From an uncultured Acidobacteriota bacterium (GTDB lineage: Bacteria; Acidobacteriota; UBA6911): a DNA stretch of 64,000 bases. The translations under genes were made by a program, and so were the position numbers. The stretch's first letter is position 1. Each line of letters opens with the position of its first letter. This document shows positions 9,481 to 18,990 of this stretch, in pieces. Below the pieces are notes generated by a model. It was not told the DNA's origin. It did no database searches and saw only the letters and a list, made by a program, of their open reading frames with translations. The DNA is taken from contig CAWJKZ010000013.1 in NCBI GenBank assembly GCA_963843575.1, positions 416,001 to 480,000 of the forward strand, given 5' to 3'.

Positions 9481-10404
9481 TCACATGTTTTCGAGCAGCG
9501 CGTCGATCACCTTCTGCACCGAGCCCCATGGATCAGGGCCATCGGTCTCGATCGAGTACCAGCCCCTGAACCCCATCTCCTTCGAGATCCTGATCGCCTT
9601 GGCGAAGTCGAACCTCTCGTTCATCTTGACGTGACTGACGGTGCGTGCGAGCGGGTACATGAGCCGCAGCCCCTGTTCGCGGACCTCTTCATTGGGGAAG
9701 TTTCCGATATCGGGATTCGCGAACGTACCGCTGGCTTTCATCAGGTTTACCAGTGCCTCCGGCGTCGCCCTGCCGCGATTTTCCATGAGGATGACAATAT
9801 TCTTCGGTTTGCCGTAGGCGGCCAGGGCCTTCAGCGCCTCGATAACCGGCTCGAGGTTCTCCCGCAATTCGTCCCGCCCCTGATTGATCATGACACTTGG
9901 GCACTCGAGCGTTGCCGCGATATCAATCCACTGCTTCGTCATCTCGATGGCCTTGGCCCGCATGGCGGGATCGGATGAACAGGGGCTGACTACGCCCCGG
10001 TAGCGTGTTTCCGGCGGGTCGATTTCCACTATCAGGTTCACCACCTTCGATTTGGCCTTGTCCAGCCGCTCTTTGAATTTCTTGATATACGAAGGCTCCA
10101 TCGAAAGGAGATTGATGCTGCACACCTCCAGGTTGTGGAGGTGGAGACGGTCTGCCACCGCATCGGGGAGATCCATCATGTCCAGCCCTTTCGGCGCCAC
10201 CTCCTTGCTCCGGTCCCAGATTTCCGGCAGGATGCTGTCGAAGTCGTTGGTCATCAAGCTGATGCGGTCGAGTTTGGCGCGCGTGGCGGCGTCTTGAGCC
10301 TGCGCCACTTTGACAAGAGACGCAGCTGCCGCAGAACCGATCAGAAAGTCGCGGCGTCTCATGACGGGACCGTCGCGATGAAAATCGATATGCCTCATAG
10401 TCAT
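9481..10404 (-). CDS. Tat-exported sugar phosphate isomerase/epimerase (xylose isomerase-like TIM barrel)
   Basis: RRRDFL signal; LMENRG, PDIGNF, SHVK and YSIE metal-ligand pattern. Confidence 0.85.
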   Translation of the reverse strand: MTMRHIDFHRDGPVMRRRDFLIGSAAAASLVKVAQAQDAATRAKLDRISLMTNDFDSILPEIWDRSKEVAPKGLDMMDLPDAVADRLHLHNLEVCSINLLSMEPSYIKKFKERLDKAKSKVVNLIVEIDPPETRYRGVVSPCSSDPAMRAKAIEMTKQWIDIAATLECPSVMINQGRDELRENLEPVIEALKALAAYGKPKNIVILMENRGRATPEALVNLMKASGTFANPDIGNFPNEEVREQGLRLMYPLARTVSHVKMNERFDFAKAIRISKEMGFRGWYSIETDGPDPWGSVQKVIDALLENM

Positions 10405-10439
10405 GACCTCTCTTGCCCCCAAGTTCCTTCACTACTTGG

Positions 10440-10530
10440 CTTGTTTTTGTCAGCGGCGTCAAAACCAGGTTGCGGAACCCGACCGCATCGTGATCGCCCC
10501 GCAACTCGAGCGAACCCGGCTTGCCTTCAT
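10440..10530 (-). pseudogene. C-terminal remnant of a DUF1080-like protein
   Basis: PGSLELRGDHDAVGFRNLVLTP resembles the DUF1080 C-terminal motif LQGDH..V.FRN. Confidence 0.5.
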
Positions 10531-10719
10531 ACGCCGCGCTCGTGACCTACAGCAGGCGAGAAGTGCAAACGAAACAGCCGACTCCGCAAAATCACACACA
10601 AGCCAGGATTCCCCTGTTGGCCTCTTGGCCAGCGACGATTATACATCGAGCCGTCTTTATCAGTCGGAAAATGCCACGCGCCGGGCTGGGCCGGGGAAGC
10701 TTCCGGTAACCCCACTTAT

Positions 10720-10795
10720 CAGCCTTCATCGTCTGGAGATGCCGTGAAACCTGAACGTCCATTTTCACACGCTGGCTCTGGACGGCATTTGCCTG
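10720..10795 (+). mobile_element. IS91-family (HUH/Y2) transposase relic
   Basis: LNVHFHTLALDG at 10751 resembles the IS91 motif LNLNVHFH.L.LDG. Confidence 0.5.
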
Positions 10796-10969
10796 AGGGA
10801 TGCGTCGATGTAGTTGAGGTCCATCAACAAGTATGGCGTCCCGAACCTGCTCCAACCACCGCTCGCCTCTGCCACGCCTCGGCTGGCTCGCTCTGGCGCG
10901 CCCACCGCCTAGAGGTAGGTCCTGAGATCAGAACCTACCTCTGTTGTGAGCGACACTCATTGAGCTTTG

Positions 10970-11838
10970 TTAATTCGGGTAGAACCGTATCTGGACTAGT
11001 TTTGATCCGCTGTTATCTATAGTCCAAAGGTACTCTACGAAGTCGGCTATGTTGAACACCCATGCCTCATCGTAAGTCTTGCAGTAGGTCGAGAGCAGAA
11101 TCCAGGAAAGGCCGTCCTCGCGCACAGGGCAGACCCCTGCAACAGGATCAACGGCCTCGTCATAGATACCGTCTGCGTTCAGATCGATGACGCATTTGTC
11201 TGTTGGGGTGTAAGTGCCGTCCGGTGCTGAAAATAGCAAACGTCACCTGACCACTGAAAGAGTCCTGTAACGTTCGTTGCTATGGATTTACCTTTGCTGC
11301 GAGTTACTGTCATCCCATCCGATCTGACGAATCCTCGATCGGTGACGAGACCCAAATACATCAGGTCGTTCCCGAATTCATCGACTGCGGAGACCAAGCT
11401 CGGCAAGATCGTCATTGTGGGATTATACGTGGGCTTTGCCAAGGCTCGTGCATACACTCTGTAGCCGGCCGCATTCGGGGGCACTTGAATGACAGCCGGA
11501 GTCCCATCAAAAGTCGCACAAGGGTCGGTCGCCCGTAATTCTGTAAACGTAGAGACTAATTTGCCTTTAGTCGCGCCCGATTGCATCATCAGGCTAATCC
11601 CTTCGCCCGTTCCTGGAACAAAAACCACATTGCCATAAATTGGCAAACCGGTATCGGGATCGTATTCCTGTTCAGGGCAAGTGAAGCCAACCTTCTTGCC
11701 GATGATGTTCAGGTTGAAATGGGGACCGCTCGGGAACCCATTCGGATTCTCGTCCTGGGCATAAAGAATAGGCATGAAAAGCAAAGACACGCCAGCAACA
11801 CACACGGCCATTCGACAAACGTTCCGCATGTTGGCCAC
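10970..11838 (-). CDS. Secreted hypothetical protein (frameshift near 11235), lower GC
   Basis: Signal peptide, NGFPSGPHFNLNIIGKK; C-terminus in ORF 10970-11239 ends KLVQIRFYPN. Confidence 0.7.
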
Positions 11839-12370
11839 CTCATGATTGGTTGTCTATCTTGGCTCGGCCGTCCCGGGGGGGGGGTAACACCACCTGGTGT
11901 CGGGACTGCGCTATTAGAATCGACCAAGATTCTGAGCGCAGTAGCCCCCCGTTGCGGTGATGGGGGTCACCAAGTGCGATGGTGAAGGCCGAAATGGGTG
12001 GTCGAGTTCCCGTATTCGGCTGCCGAGTCCGGTAGGTCAGTGCAGAGCCGGTTCGTTGGTACTCGACCTGCAACGGCCACCCTCCTGGCCATTACCCCCG
12101 CCTCCCACTTGCTGCCTGTGCTAGCCTCGCTTTCTGATCCAGAAGGTTTTGGGGATTGACTACAAGGCCCACTAGGTCACGATCATCCTCGGCAGCGGTG
12201 AAATCTCCGTGACCACTTGGCTGTTTGGCACACCTAATCCAGCGGTAATTGTTTACCGCATTGGTAGCCTTGTGAATCCTGACTTTCTTGCCTACTCCCT
12301 GGACATATCCAGCGCCGCCACTGGCCGCAGAGTGTCGCGCGATGAGGTCATCCGTCACGACTCTTAACTC

Positions 12371-12938
12371 TTACAGCAGCTTGGTCTGACCGGGGATGGC
12401 AACGGGATAGATGCCGTCCGCTCCGGGTTTCACGGGCGGTTCCATGTTCATGGTGATCTCGCCCACAGGCGGAAAGGCGAACATGGAATCCATCGTTTCC
12501 TTCCATGTCAGTCTCTTGCCGGTATAGGCCGAAAGTTGGCCCAGCACGGTCGCCATGGTGGAGTTGGCCAGAACCTTCGCGTGTTGGAGCGGTTTGCCCG
12601 CGCGGATGGATTGCAGAAACTCCATCTGTTCCTGCTGGTAGGGAGACTTCTTCGACAACTCGTCGTCCGCGCGCCACGTGACGTTACCCTTGAGATCGGT
12701 GAAAGAGGGCGCGCCCATCGCCGCGTAGTGGCAGCGGCCTTTGGTGCCGTGGTAGACGTCCTTGTTCGCTCCGTAGCACCCGGCAGCGGTGCGGCAGGAG
12801 CCGTAGAGGCAAAGCCCGCCGGCGAACTCGTAGGTAACATGGTGATGGTCGAAAGAAGTGCCCATGGGGGTCTGGAGATGCGTGGAGCGTCCGCCCATGC
12901 CGTAGGCTGCTTCCGGCATCATATCGCCGAGTGCCCAT
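12371..12938 (-). pseudogene. C-terminal half of a Gfo/Idh/MocA-type dehydrogenase
   Basis: WALGD.MPEAAYGMGGR...FDHHHVTYEF...STMATVLGQLSAYTGK; the Rossmann N-terminus is absent. Confidence 0.75.
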
Positions 12939-13040
12939 AACGCTCACCGGGATTAGTCCTTTCTGTCGCCGGGCTTCGCGCAGGAGGTTCTCCGCCGTTA
13001 ACACCGACGGCTCCCAGTAGTGTTTATTGCGAAGGATCAT
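12939..13040 (-). pseudogene. N-terminal fragment resembling a nucleoside phosphorylase-family protein
   Basis: MILRNKHYWEPSVLTAENLLREARRQKGL, joined out of frame to the dehydrogenase fragment. Confidence 0.45.
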
Positions 13041-13054
13041 ATCTTCATCGATCT

Positions 13055-13681
13055 GTGTCGGGACAATCCCTGGGGACGAGTTGCCACGGCAGACTGATGC
13101 TCTTCTCTCCGGATCAGGTAAGCTGGTACCGCCCTCACCTGGAGCGTTCGCTACGAATCATCGAGAATGCCGCCTTGCCCCGCAATGCGGTAATCATCGA
13201 TATCGGTGGCGGTGCATCGACCCTGGTTGACGACCTTCTGGCGCGGGGATACTCAAATCTCACCGTGCTGGACATCTCCGCAGCTGCCATAGCCTTCGCG
13301 AAAGCACGCCTGGGCGGAGCCGCCGATGCCGTCAAGTGGATTGCCGGGGACATCACGCTCGTCGACCTTCCGGAGCGCGAGTATGCCTTCTGGCATGATC
13401 GCGCCGTGTTCCATTTCCTGCGGGATCCGGAACAGCGCCGCCGTTACGTCACCGCCGCGCGCCGGGCTCTGATGCCCGGTGGGCACATCGTCGTCGCTAC
13501 CTTCGGGCCGGAGGGGCCGGAGCGTTGCAGCAGCCTGGACGTCGTCCGGTACAGCGCAGACGGTCTCCATGCGGAGTTCGGAGAGCAGTTCAGAAAGGTC
13601 TCCAGCCAGACCGAGATCCACACCACACCCTGGGGCGCGGAACAGGAGTTCGTCTACTGCTACTGCCGATTGATGCCTTGA
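13055..13681 (+). CDS. Class I SAM-dependent methyltransferase (native N-terminus possibly lost)
   Basis: VSWYRPHL, IIDIGGGASTLVDDL, WHDRAVFHFL, ATFGPEGPERCS. Confidence 0.85.
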   Translation: MSGQSLGTSCHGRLMLFSPDQVSWYRPHLERSLRIIENAALPRNAVIIDIGGGASTLVDDLLARGYSNLTVLDISAAAIAFAKARLGGAADAVKWIAGDITLVDLPEREYAFWHDRAVFHFLRDPEQRRRYVTAARRALMPGGHIVVATFGPEGPERCSSLDVVRYSADGLHAEFGEQFRKVSSQTEIHTTPWGAEQEFVYCYCRLMP

Positions 13682-13896
13682 GTCGACCGGGATCCCCCCC
13701 TCGAATCCATCGACGCCCGCGGCTGGAAGATCCGCCCCCCGGTCAGACCCGCCCCTCTCGGAAAACGAGCCGCAGGAAGAACCGAGCCACATGATATATC
13801 TGACAACATCGGTCTCATGCAGGAACACCGTCCGGCAGCGCGCCAGGCGCGTTTGCAGGGCTTGTTTGCCGTACGGAACCGGTAAAATTGAGATGC

Positions 13897-14526
13897 ATGA
13901 ATAATCTGATTGCAGCGAGGGAGTCCGAGGTCCGCCGTGGAACCAGGCTGCAGTACTTCACCATAGGCTACAACAGTCTCGAGGGCCTGATCTCGATCGT
14001 CGCCGGCCTGTTTGCAGGATCCGTTTCGCTCATCGGCTTCGGATTCGACAGCCTCATCGAGGTGACATCCGGTGCGGCTGTGCTTTGGCGCCTGCACCAC
14101 GACCGCGACCCAGTTCGCCGTGAGCAAGCCGAAAGGATGACCCTGCGGGCGGTGGGATGGTGCTTTGTGGCCCTGGCCGTCTATATCCTCTACGATTCCG
14201 CATCGACTCTGGCCCGGCACGAACCACCGGAACGTAGCATTCCGGGAATCATCATCGCGGTTCTGTCCCTTGTCGTGATGCCCCTGCTTGCGTCGGCAAA
14301 GAGGCGGGTGGCCGCCAGAATCGGAAGTGCGGCGATGAGGGCGGATTCGCGTCAGACGGATTTCTGCGCCTATCTGTCCGCCATTCTCCTATGCGGCCTC
14401 GGCCTGAACGCCATGTGCGGCTGGTGGTGGGCAGACCCGGCCGCCGCATTGGCCATGGTTCCTATAATTGCGAAGGAGGGCCTCCAGAGCCTTAAGGGGG
14501 AACAGTGCTGCGATACCTGCAACTAA
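13897..14526 (+). CDS. Cation efflux (CDF-like) transporter
   Basis: Multiple TM helices, GFGFDSLIE, ADSRQTDFC, WWADP; C-terminal CCDTC. Confidence 0.85.
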   Translation: MNNLIAARESEVRRGTRLQYFTIGYNSLEGLISIVAGLFAGSVSLIGFGFDSLIEVTSGAAVLWRLHHDRDPVRREQAERMTLRAVGWCFVALAVYILYDSASTLARHEPPERSIPGIIIAVLSLVVMPLLASAKRRVAARIGSAAMRADSRQTDFCAYLSAILLCGLGLNAMCGWWWADPAAALAMVPIIAKEGLQSLKGEQCCDTCN

Positions 14527-14582
14527 TCGAGGTGCAGATTTTAGGCTCCCGGAAACCAAAGTCGCGGCCACCCCCAGTGACG

Positions 14583-15911
14583 CTACTCGGTTTCCACAGT
14601 GGTGCGACCGTCCGTCTGCGTACTTCCTGCCGCCTCCGAATCCGGAGCACCGGTGATGAGACGGGCAGAGCGATTGTAGGAGAAGTAGTTCCACGCCCAC
14701 TGGACAAAAACCAGGAGTCTGTTTTCGAACTGCACGAGCTGCATGAGGTGGACGAACAGCCACGCCAGCCACGCGAGATAACCCGCGAACCGGAAACCGA
14801 AGAGATCGGCTACGGCAGCGTGACGACCAATCGTCGCCATCGTCCCATAATCGCGGTATCGGAAAGCTGGGAGGGACCGACCGTGCAGCCGTTCCCGGAT
14901 CAGGCGCGCGGCGTATGCCCCCTGCTGCATGGCAACCTGCGCCACGCCGGGTAGCGCCACGCCGGGCTGATGTTCGAAATGCGCCAGATCGCCTACCACC
15001 AGGATCTCGGGATGGCCGGCGATGCTGAGGTCGGGATTCACCTGCACGCGCCCGGCACGGTCCAGGCGGGCCCCTGCCTCTTCGGCCAGCACTACCCCAA
15101 AACCTGAGGCCTGCATCCCGGCCGCCCACAGGACCGTCGGCGTTGCTATCAGCTCGACAGCGTCACCACTTCGAAGAAGCACGCCGTCCGGCCGGATTTC
15201 GGTGACGAGGCTTTTCGTGCGGACCTCGATCCTCAGCCTGGTCAGCGCAGCCGCCGCTTTCATCGATAGGTTTGGATGGTACGAGGGCAGGATCCGGTCG
15301 GCTCCTTCGAGGAGCAGAATCCGCGCGTCGGACGGGTTTATGGAACGGAACTCCTGGGCAAGAGTGTCGCGTGCGACCTCGGCCAGCGCACCGGCCAATT
15401 CCACTCCGGTCGGACCGCCACCGACGACGACAAAGGTCAGAAATGCCCGGATCCGCTCAGGATCCGTCTCATGCTCGGCGCGTTCGAATGCGAGCAATAT
15501 CCGGCGGCGGATTTCGGTCGCGTCCTCGATCGTTTTCAGGCCCGGTGCCAGCTCCGCCCAGCCGCTCTTTCCGAAATAGTGATGGGTGGATCCCGTCGCG
15601 ACAATCAGGGTGTTGTATGCGACCGCCTGCCCGTCACGAAGGAGGACCTGGCGCCGTTCCGCGTCAAGATCCGAAGCCTCGCCAAGGAGTACCCTCAAAT
15701 TCGACTGCCTTTTCAGAATGTTGCGGAGCGGCGAGGCGATATTCGCCGGGGACAGGCCGCCCGTCGCCACCTGGTATAGGAGCGGCTGGAACAGGTGAAA
15801 ATTCCGGCGGTCGAGGAGCGTAATGCGGACCGGGGCGCGTCGAAGCGCCCGCGCTGCGTGCAGACCGCCGAATCCCCCGCCGAGGATCACCACATCATGC
15901 TCTCCACTCAT
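14583..15911 (-). CDS. ndh: Type II NADH dehydrogenase-like FAD oxidoreductase
   Basis: GGGFGG, FQPLLYQVATG, GGGPTGVELAG, AQVAMQQG. Confidence 0.9.
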   Translation of the reverse strand: MSGEHDVVILGGGFGGLHAARALRRAPVRITLLDRRNFHLFQPLLYQVATGGLSPANIASPLRNILKRQSNLRVLLGEASDLDAERRQVLLRDGQAVAYNTLIVATGSTHHYFGKSGWAELAPGLKTIEDATEIRRRILLAFERAEHETDPERIRAFLTFVVVGGGPTGVELAGALAEVARDTLAQEFRSINPSDARILLLEGADRILPSYHPNLSMKAAAALTRLRIEVRTKSLVTEIRPDGVLLRSGDAVELIATPTVLWAAGMQASGFGVVLAEEAGARLDRAGRVQVNPDLSIAGHPEILVVGDLAHFEHQPGVALPGVAQVAMQQGAYAARLIRERLHGRSLPAFRYRDYGTMATIGRHAAVADLFGFRFAGYLAWLAWLFVHLMQLVQFENRLLVFVQWAWNYFSYNRSARLITGAPDSEAAGSTQTDGRTTVETE

Positions 15912-16094
15912 GCCTTTCCGCTCTCCGGCTTGACCTGGAATAAGTGTATCAGGTTGGAATGTCAGGTGCCCGACGGCGTCAGCTCTTCCCAGCGGACCCG
16001 CATGCCCGGTTTTTTCCCGGCGGTCAGACTGATTGATTGGTAAAGCAATCTGTGAGATGAATCAGGACCGGCACGGCGGCGTGGAGAAGAAGGG

Positions 16095-16559
16095 ATGTCC
16101 GATTGCTGTTCGACCACCAAGGACGGGACTTGCTCCGTTGCGGCGAGAAAGGCACAGGATTGTCCTTCTTGTGGCAAAAAGGGGAAACCTGTGGCGGTGC
16201 TGACCGTCAAGAGCCTGGCTCGAGATCACACGCGCCCGCAGCCATCCGCCTTCTATTCGTTTTGCCGCACGGCAAAATGTGAGGTTGTCTACTTCTCCGA
16301 TGAATGTGTATTTACGAAATCCGATGTCAAGGTACGGGTGGGAATCAAGGAGTCGGTAGACCCGATTCCTCTCTGCTATTGCTTCGACTATAACCGCGAG
16401 GACATACGGCGGGAACTCGAGGCTACCGGCAGAACGTCAGTGCCGGACAAGATCAAGGCCGAGGTGGAAAGGGGCTTCTGCTCCTGCGAGGTCAAGAACC
16501 CTAGAGGAGTCTGCTGCCTGGGCGACATTGCTCGTGCTATTCGGCACGTCAACCGATAG
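16095..16559 (+). CDS. CopZ N-terminal-like Zn/[2Fe-2S] Cys-rich protein
   Basis: CPSCG, FCRTAKCEVVYF, LCYCF, CSCEVKNPRGVCCLG. Confidence 0.8.
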   Translation: MSDCCSTTKDGTCSVAARKAQDCPSCGKKGKPVAVLTVKSLARDHTRPQPSAFYSFCRTAKCEVVYFSDECVFTKSDVKVRVGIKESVDPIPLCYCFDYNREDIRRELEATGRTSVPDKIKAEVERGFCSCEVKNPRGVCCLGDIARAIRHVNR

Positions 16560-16710
16560 GTGAAGCTGTTGTTCCCGGCAACTGCGTCACCGTTCGTACC
16601 GTCGTCATAGAACTGCTGCGTCACCGCCCCCACCCATGGCCGTGAGGTTGCCCGAAACGACTATCCCCGTGCTGTTCGGGTTGGCTCCGGGCGTGAGCGA
16701 CGACGAGGAT
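16556..16710 (-). pseudogene. Fragment of a surface-protein domain (choice-of-anchor X-like)
   Basis: TPGANPNSTG...FYDDGTNGDAVAGNNSFTY. Confidence 0.55.
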
Positions 16711-16845
16711 CGTTCCCCCCGGCGATGTCGATGTCGGGCTGGCCGAGCCTACGGCCGTCGGGTTTGTGGGTTCGGCGGGGGACCCCGTTATCCTGAACGA
16801 CGCGTCCGAACCGGCGCTCGTGCCGGCGGCGGCGGCCGCGCGGTC

Positions 16846-17145
16846 GGGGTCATGGTGTCGATACCCACGTTGCCGTTCGTCTCGATCGTTACCCCCGTAT
16901 TCCTGTTCGTGTAGATCCTGAACGGGTGGTTGCTGGTAGTGCCGAAGTAGCCGCCGTCGCGGGCGATGGACTGCATCTCCTGCGTCACCGTGCCGCCGAC
17001 CAGAGCAAACCGCACCCGGCTCGAGTCCCCGGTATTGTCTGAATTCGTGACCTGAATTTAGTTAGATGCGTTCTGGTCTTTCCGCACCTCCAGCTTTTGG
17101 GCCGGTGCGGTCGTCCCGATCCCGACATTGGTATCCGCCTCGGAA
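16846..17145 (-). pseudogene. Fragment of an NVGIGT-repeat (tail-fibre-like) protein with internal stop
   Basis: NVGIGTTAPAQKLEV...*...TNGNVGIDT; in-frame TAA at 17058-17060. Confidence 0.6.
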
Positions 17146-17255
17146 GATAAGGGGAAATATGACGTCCGTATTGCTTGCGACACCTTTCTGAGGTCCGCGT
17201 ATAATGTCTCGGTGGCAACAGATGTAGCCAATGTTCGGGACCAGATGACCATTCC

Positions 17256-17542
17256 ATGGCTAAAGACGAGTTGAGTTCCGGGTTCATGCACTCAAACGGA
17301 TGTTTCAACGCCAAATAAGCAGCGCGGCAGTGCTGCAGGTGCTGGATACCGGAGCCACCGTTGAACAATATCCGGATGATTTCCCGTATCCGAGCAGGCT
17401 TGTCCTCGGCTGGTGGGCATCGCGACCCATCCACGTGGTAGTGGCCGATAACTCCGAAGATGGGATCAGGATTGTCGTCACGGCTTATCAGCCCGATTTG
17501 GAGTAATGGGAGCCTGGCTTCAGGAGGAGAAGGAAACCATGA
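17256..17542 (+). pseudogene. DUF4258-family putative toxin, disrupted
   Basis: HALKRMFQR...YPDDFPYPSRLVLG...PIHVV...VTAYQPD; frameshift near 17265 and in-frame TAA at 17504 before WEPGFRRR. Confidence 0.75.
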
Positions 17543-17766
17543 AGTGCGTAATCTGCAAGGTGAGTGAAACCCGACCGGGGAGAGCTACGGTAACGCTGGA
17601 GCGGGATGGAACCACCCTCGTGATCAAAAACGTTCCCGCGGACATCTGTGCGAACTGCGGCGAAGAATATGTCGATGCCGAGACGACCGATCTTCTGCTC
17701 AGGACTGCCGAAGAAGCCGTCAGGTCAGGAGTCCAGATCTCTGTCCGCGATTACGCCGCCGCGTGA
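17539..17766 (+). CDS. YgiT/MqsA-type zinc-finger antitoxin
   Basis: MKCVIC...KNVPADICANCGEEY; ATGA overlap with the upstream toxin. Confidence 0.9.
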   Translation: MKCVICKVSETRPGRATVTLERDGTTLVIKNVPADICANCGEEYVDAETTDLLLRTAEEAVRSGVQISVRDYAAA

Positions 17767-18195
17767 TTTGAATCCGAGCTGCCCGGCTGGTGGAGGAATT
17801 CGCCCTGGGTTCCTGAGCTTGCCGCGGGCTGCGCTCTGAGCATCACGGCCGGTTTTGATGCCGCCTGCTCACCTGCCTCGCCATTTATCTCCGGCTTTTC
17901 TCTTTGTTGCAGTTCCTGGGATGGATACCGGTTTCTATGAGTGAAGTTGAGCCTTCGTCACCTCTGCCAGAGCGGGCCGCCGGAACCGGATGCCCGTCGA
18001 TTAGAAGATCGAGGATCGGGGTCAGGATCCATAGTCAAACACTGTAACTGCACCTCTGGCGGCGTGCGTTAATTGCTTCGCGCGGGAATTGAAGTCCCGC
18101 GTGGGGACTGAAACTCTTTGTTTTCACCGGTAATGAATGTGTCGGGGTCTGAAATTGATATGAATAAGCAATTACGAGAGAGCTGGACGGAGCGG

Positions 18196-18282
18196 TGGTG
18201 CCGAAGGGGGGGGTCGAACCCCCATGACCTTGCGGTCGCGGGATTTTGAGTCCCGTGCGTCTGCCTGTTCCGCCACTTCGGC
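18196..18282 (-). tRNA. tRNA-Leu(CAA)
   Basis: GCCGAAGTGGCGGAACAGGCAGACGCACGGGACT-CAA-AATCCCG...GGTTCGACCCCCCCCTTCGGCACCA; long variable arm, encoded CCA. Confidence 0.97.
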
Positions 18283-18297
18283 TTGGTGCAGGCGGGA

Positions 18298-18327
18298 AAT
18301 GTAGCCCAGATGGGTCGTTGGAGTCAA
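18298..18327 (-). promoter_or_regulatory. Sigma70-like promoter for tRNA-Leu
   Basis: TTGACT-N18-TACATT on the minus strand. Confidence 0.55.
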
Positions 18328-18375
18328 TCGCGGGGGGACACACCGCGCCGTCCGATTGAGCCTGCTGCGCTTGTT

Positions 18376-18404
18376 TTGACTGGGGGGCCGCGATCCGGTA
18401 TAAT
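18376..18404 (+). promoter_or_regulatory. Sigma70 promoter for carD
   Basis: TTGACT-N17-TATAAT, followed by a GGAGG RBS. Confidence 0.8.
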
Positions 18405-18424
18405 CCGTTAATCCGGAGGTTGTA

Positions 18425-18940
18425 ATGGAATTTCGTGTTGGCGACAAGGTGGTCTACCCCAACCACGGCGTGGGCATCATCGAGCAGGTGACCAGCCGGG
18501 CGGTTGATGGCGGTATCCCCGAAGAATTCTACCTGCTCAGGATCCACTCCAATGCCTCCGTGGTGATGGTTCCCACCACCAACGTCAAGAGCGTCGGCCT
18601 GCGCCGCATAATCAAGCGCGGAGACGTCGAGGGCCTCTTCAAGCTCCTCCAGGACGATTTCTTCGAACCCGAATCCGACTGGAAAGGCCGTTACAAAGAT
18701 CATTCCGAGAAAATGAGGACCGGCTCCATCTTCCAGGTCGCGGAGGTGCTCCGGAACCTCGTTTACCTCAGCTTTAAAAAGAGTTTGTCGTTCCGGGAGA
18801 AGCGGATGCTGGACCGGGCCAAGCAGCTCATCGTCAGCGAGGTGGCTACCGTCCGCGGTCTGAACGAAAAGTCCGTCGAGGATCAGATCGACCGCGCCCT
18901 CGCCGCCGCCTACGAGCGCTCGGCCAAGGCCTCGGCGTGA
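18425..18940 (+). CDS. carD: CarD/CdnL family transcriptional regulator
   Basis: FRVGDKVVYPNHGVG...WKGRYK...LSFREKRML. Confidence 0.93.
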   Translation: MEFRVGDKVVYPNHGVGIIEQVTSRAVDGGIPEEFYLLRIHSNASVVMVPTTNVKSVGLRRIIKRGDVEGLFKLLQDDFFEPESDWKGRYKDHSEKMRTGSIFQVAEVLRNLVYLSFKKSLSFREKRMLDRAKQLIVSEVATVRGLNEKSVEDQIDRALAAAYERSAKASA

Positions 18941-18990
18941 CGCTTTAGACGCATCTGGGTCTCTACCTCGCTCTGCTTGTCCTGTTCCTT

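Noticed and set aside
12092-12365. Lower-GC stretch with a protein-like + strand frame interrupted by stops
   Set aside because: No family could be recognised, so no call is supported.
3264-18195. Integron cassette array
   Set aside because: No intI gene, no recurring attC sites recognised, mixed gene orientations, and junctions fall inside genes.
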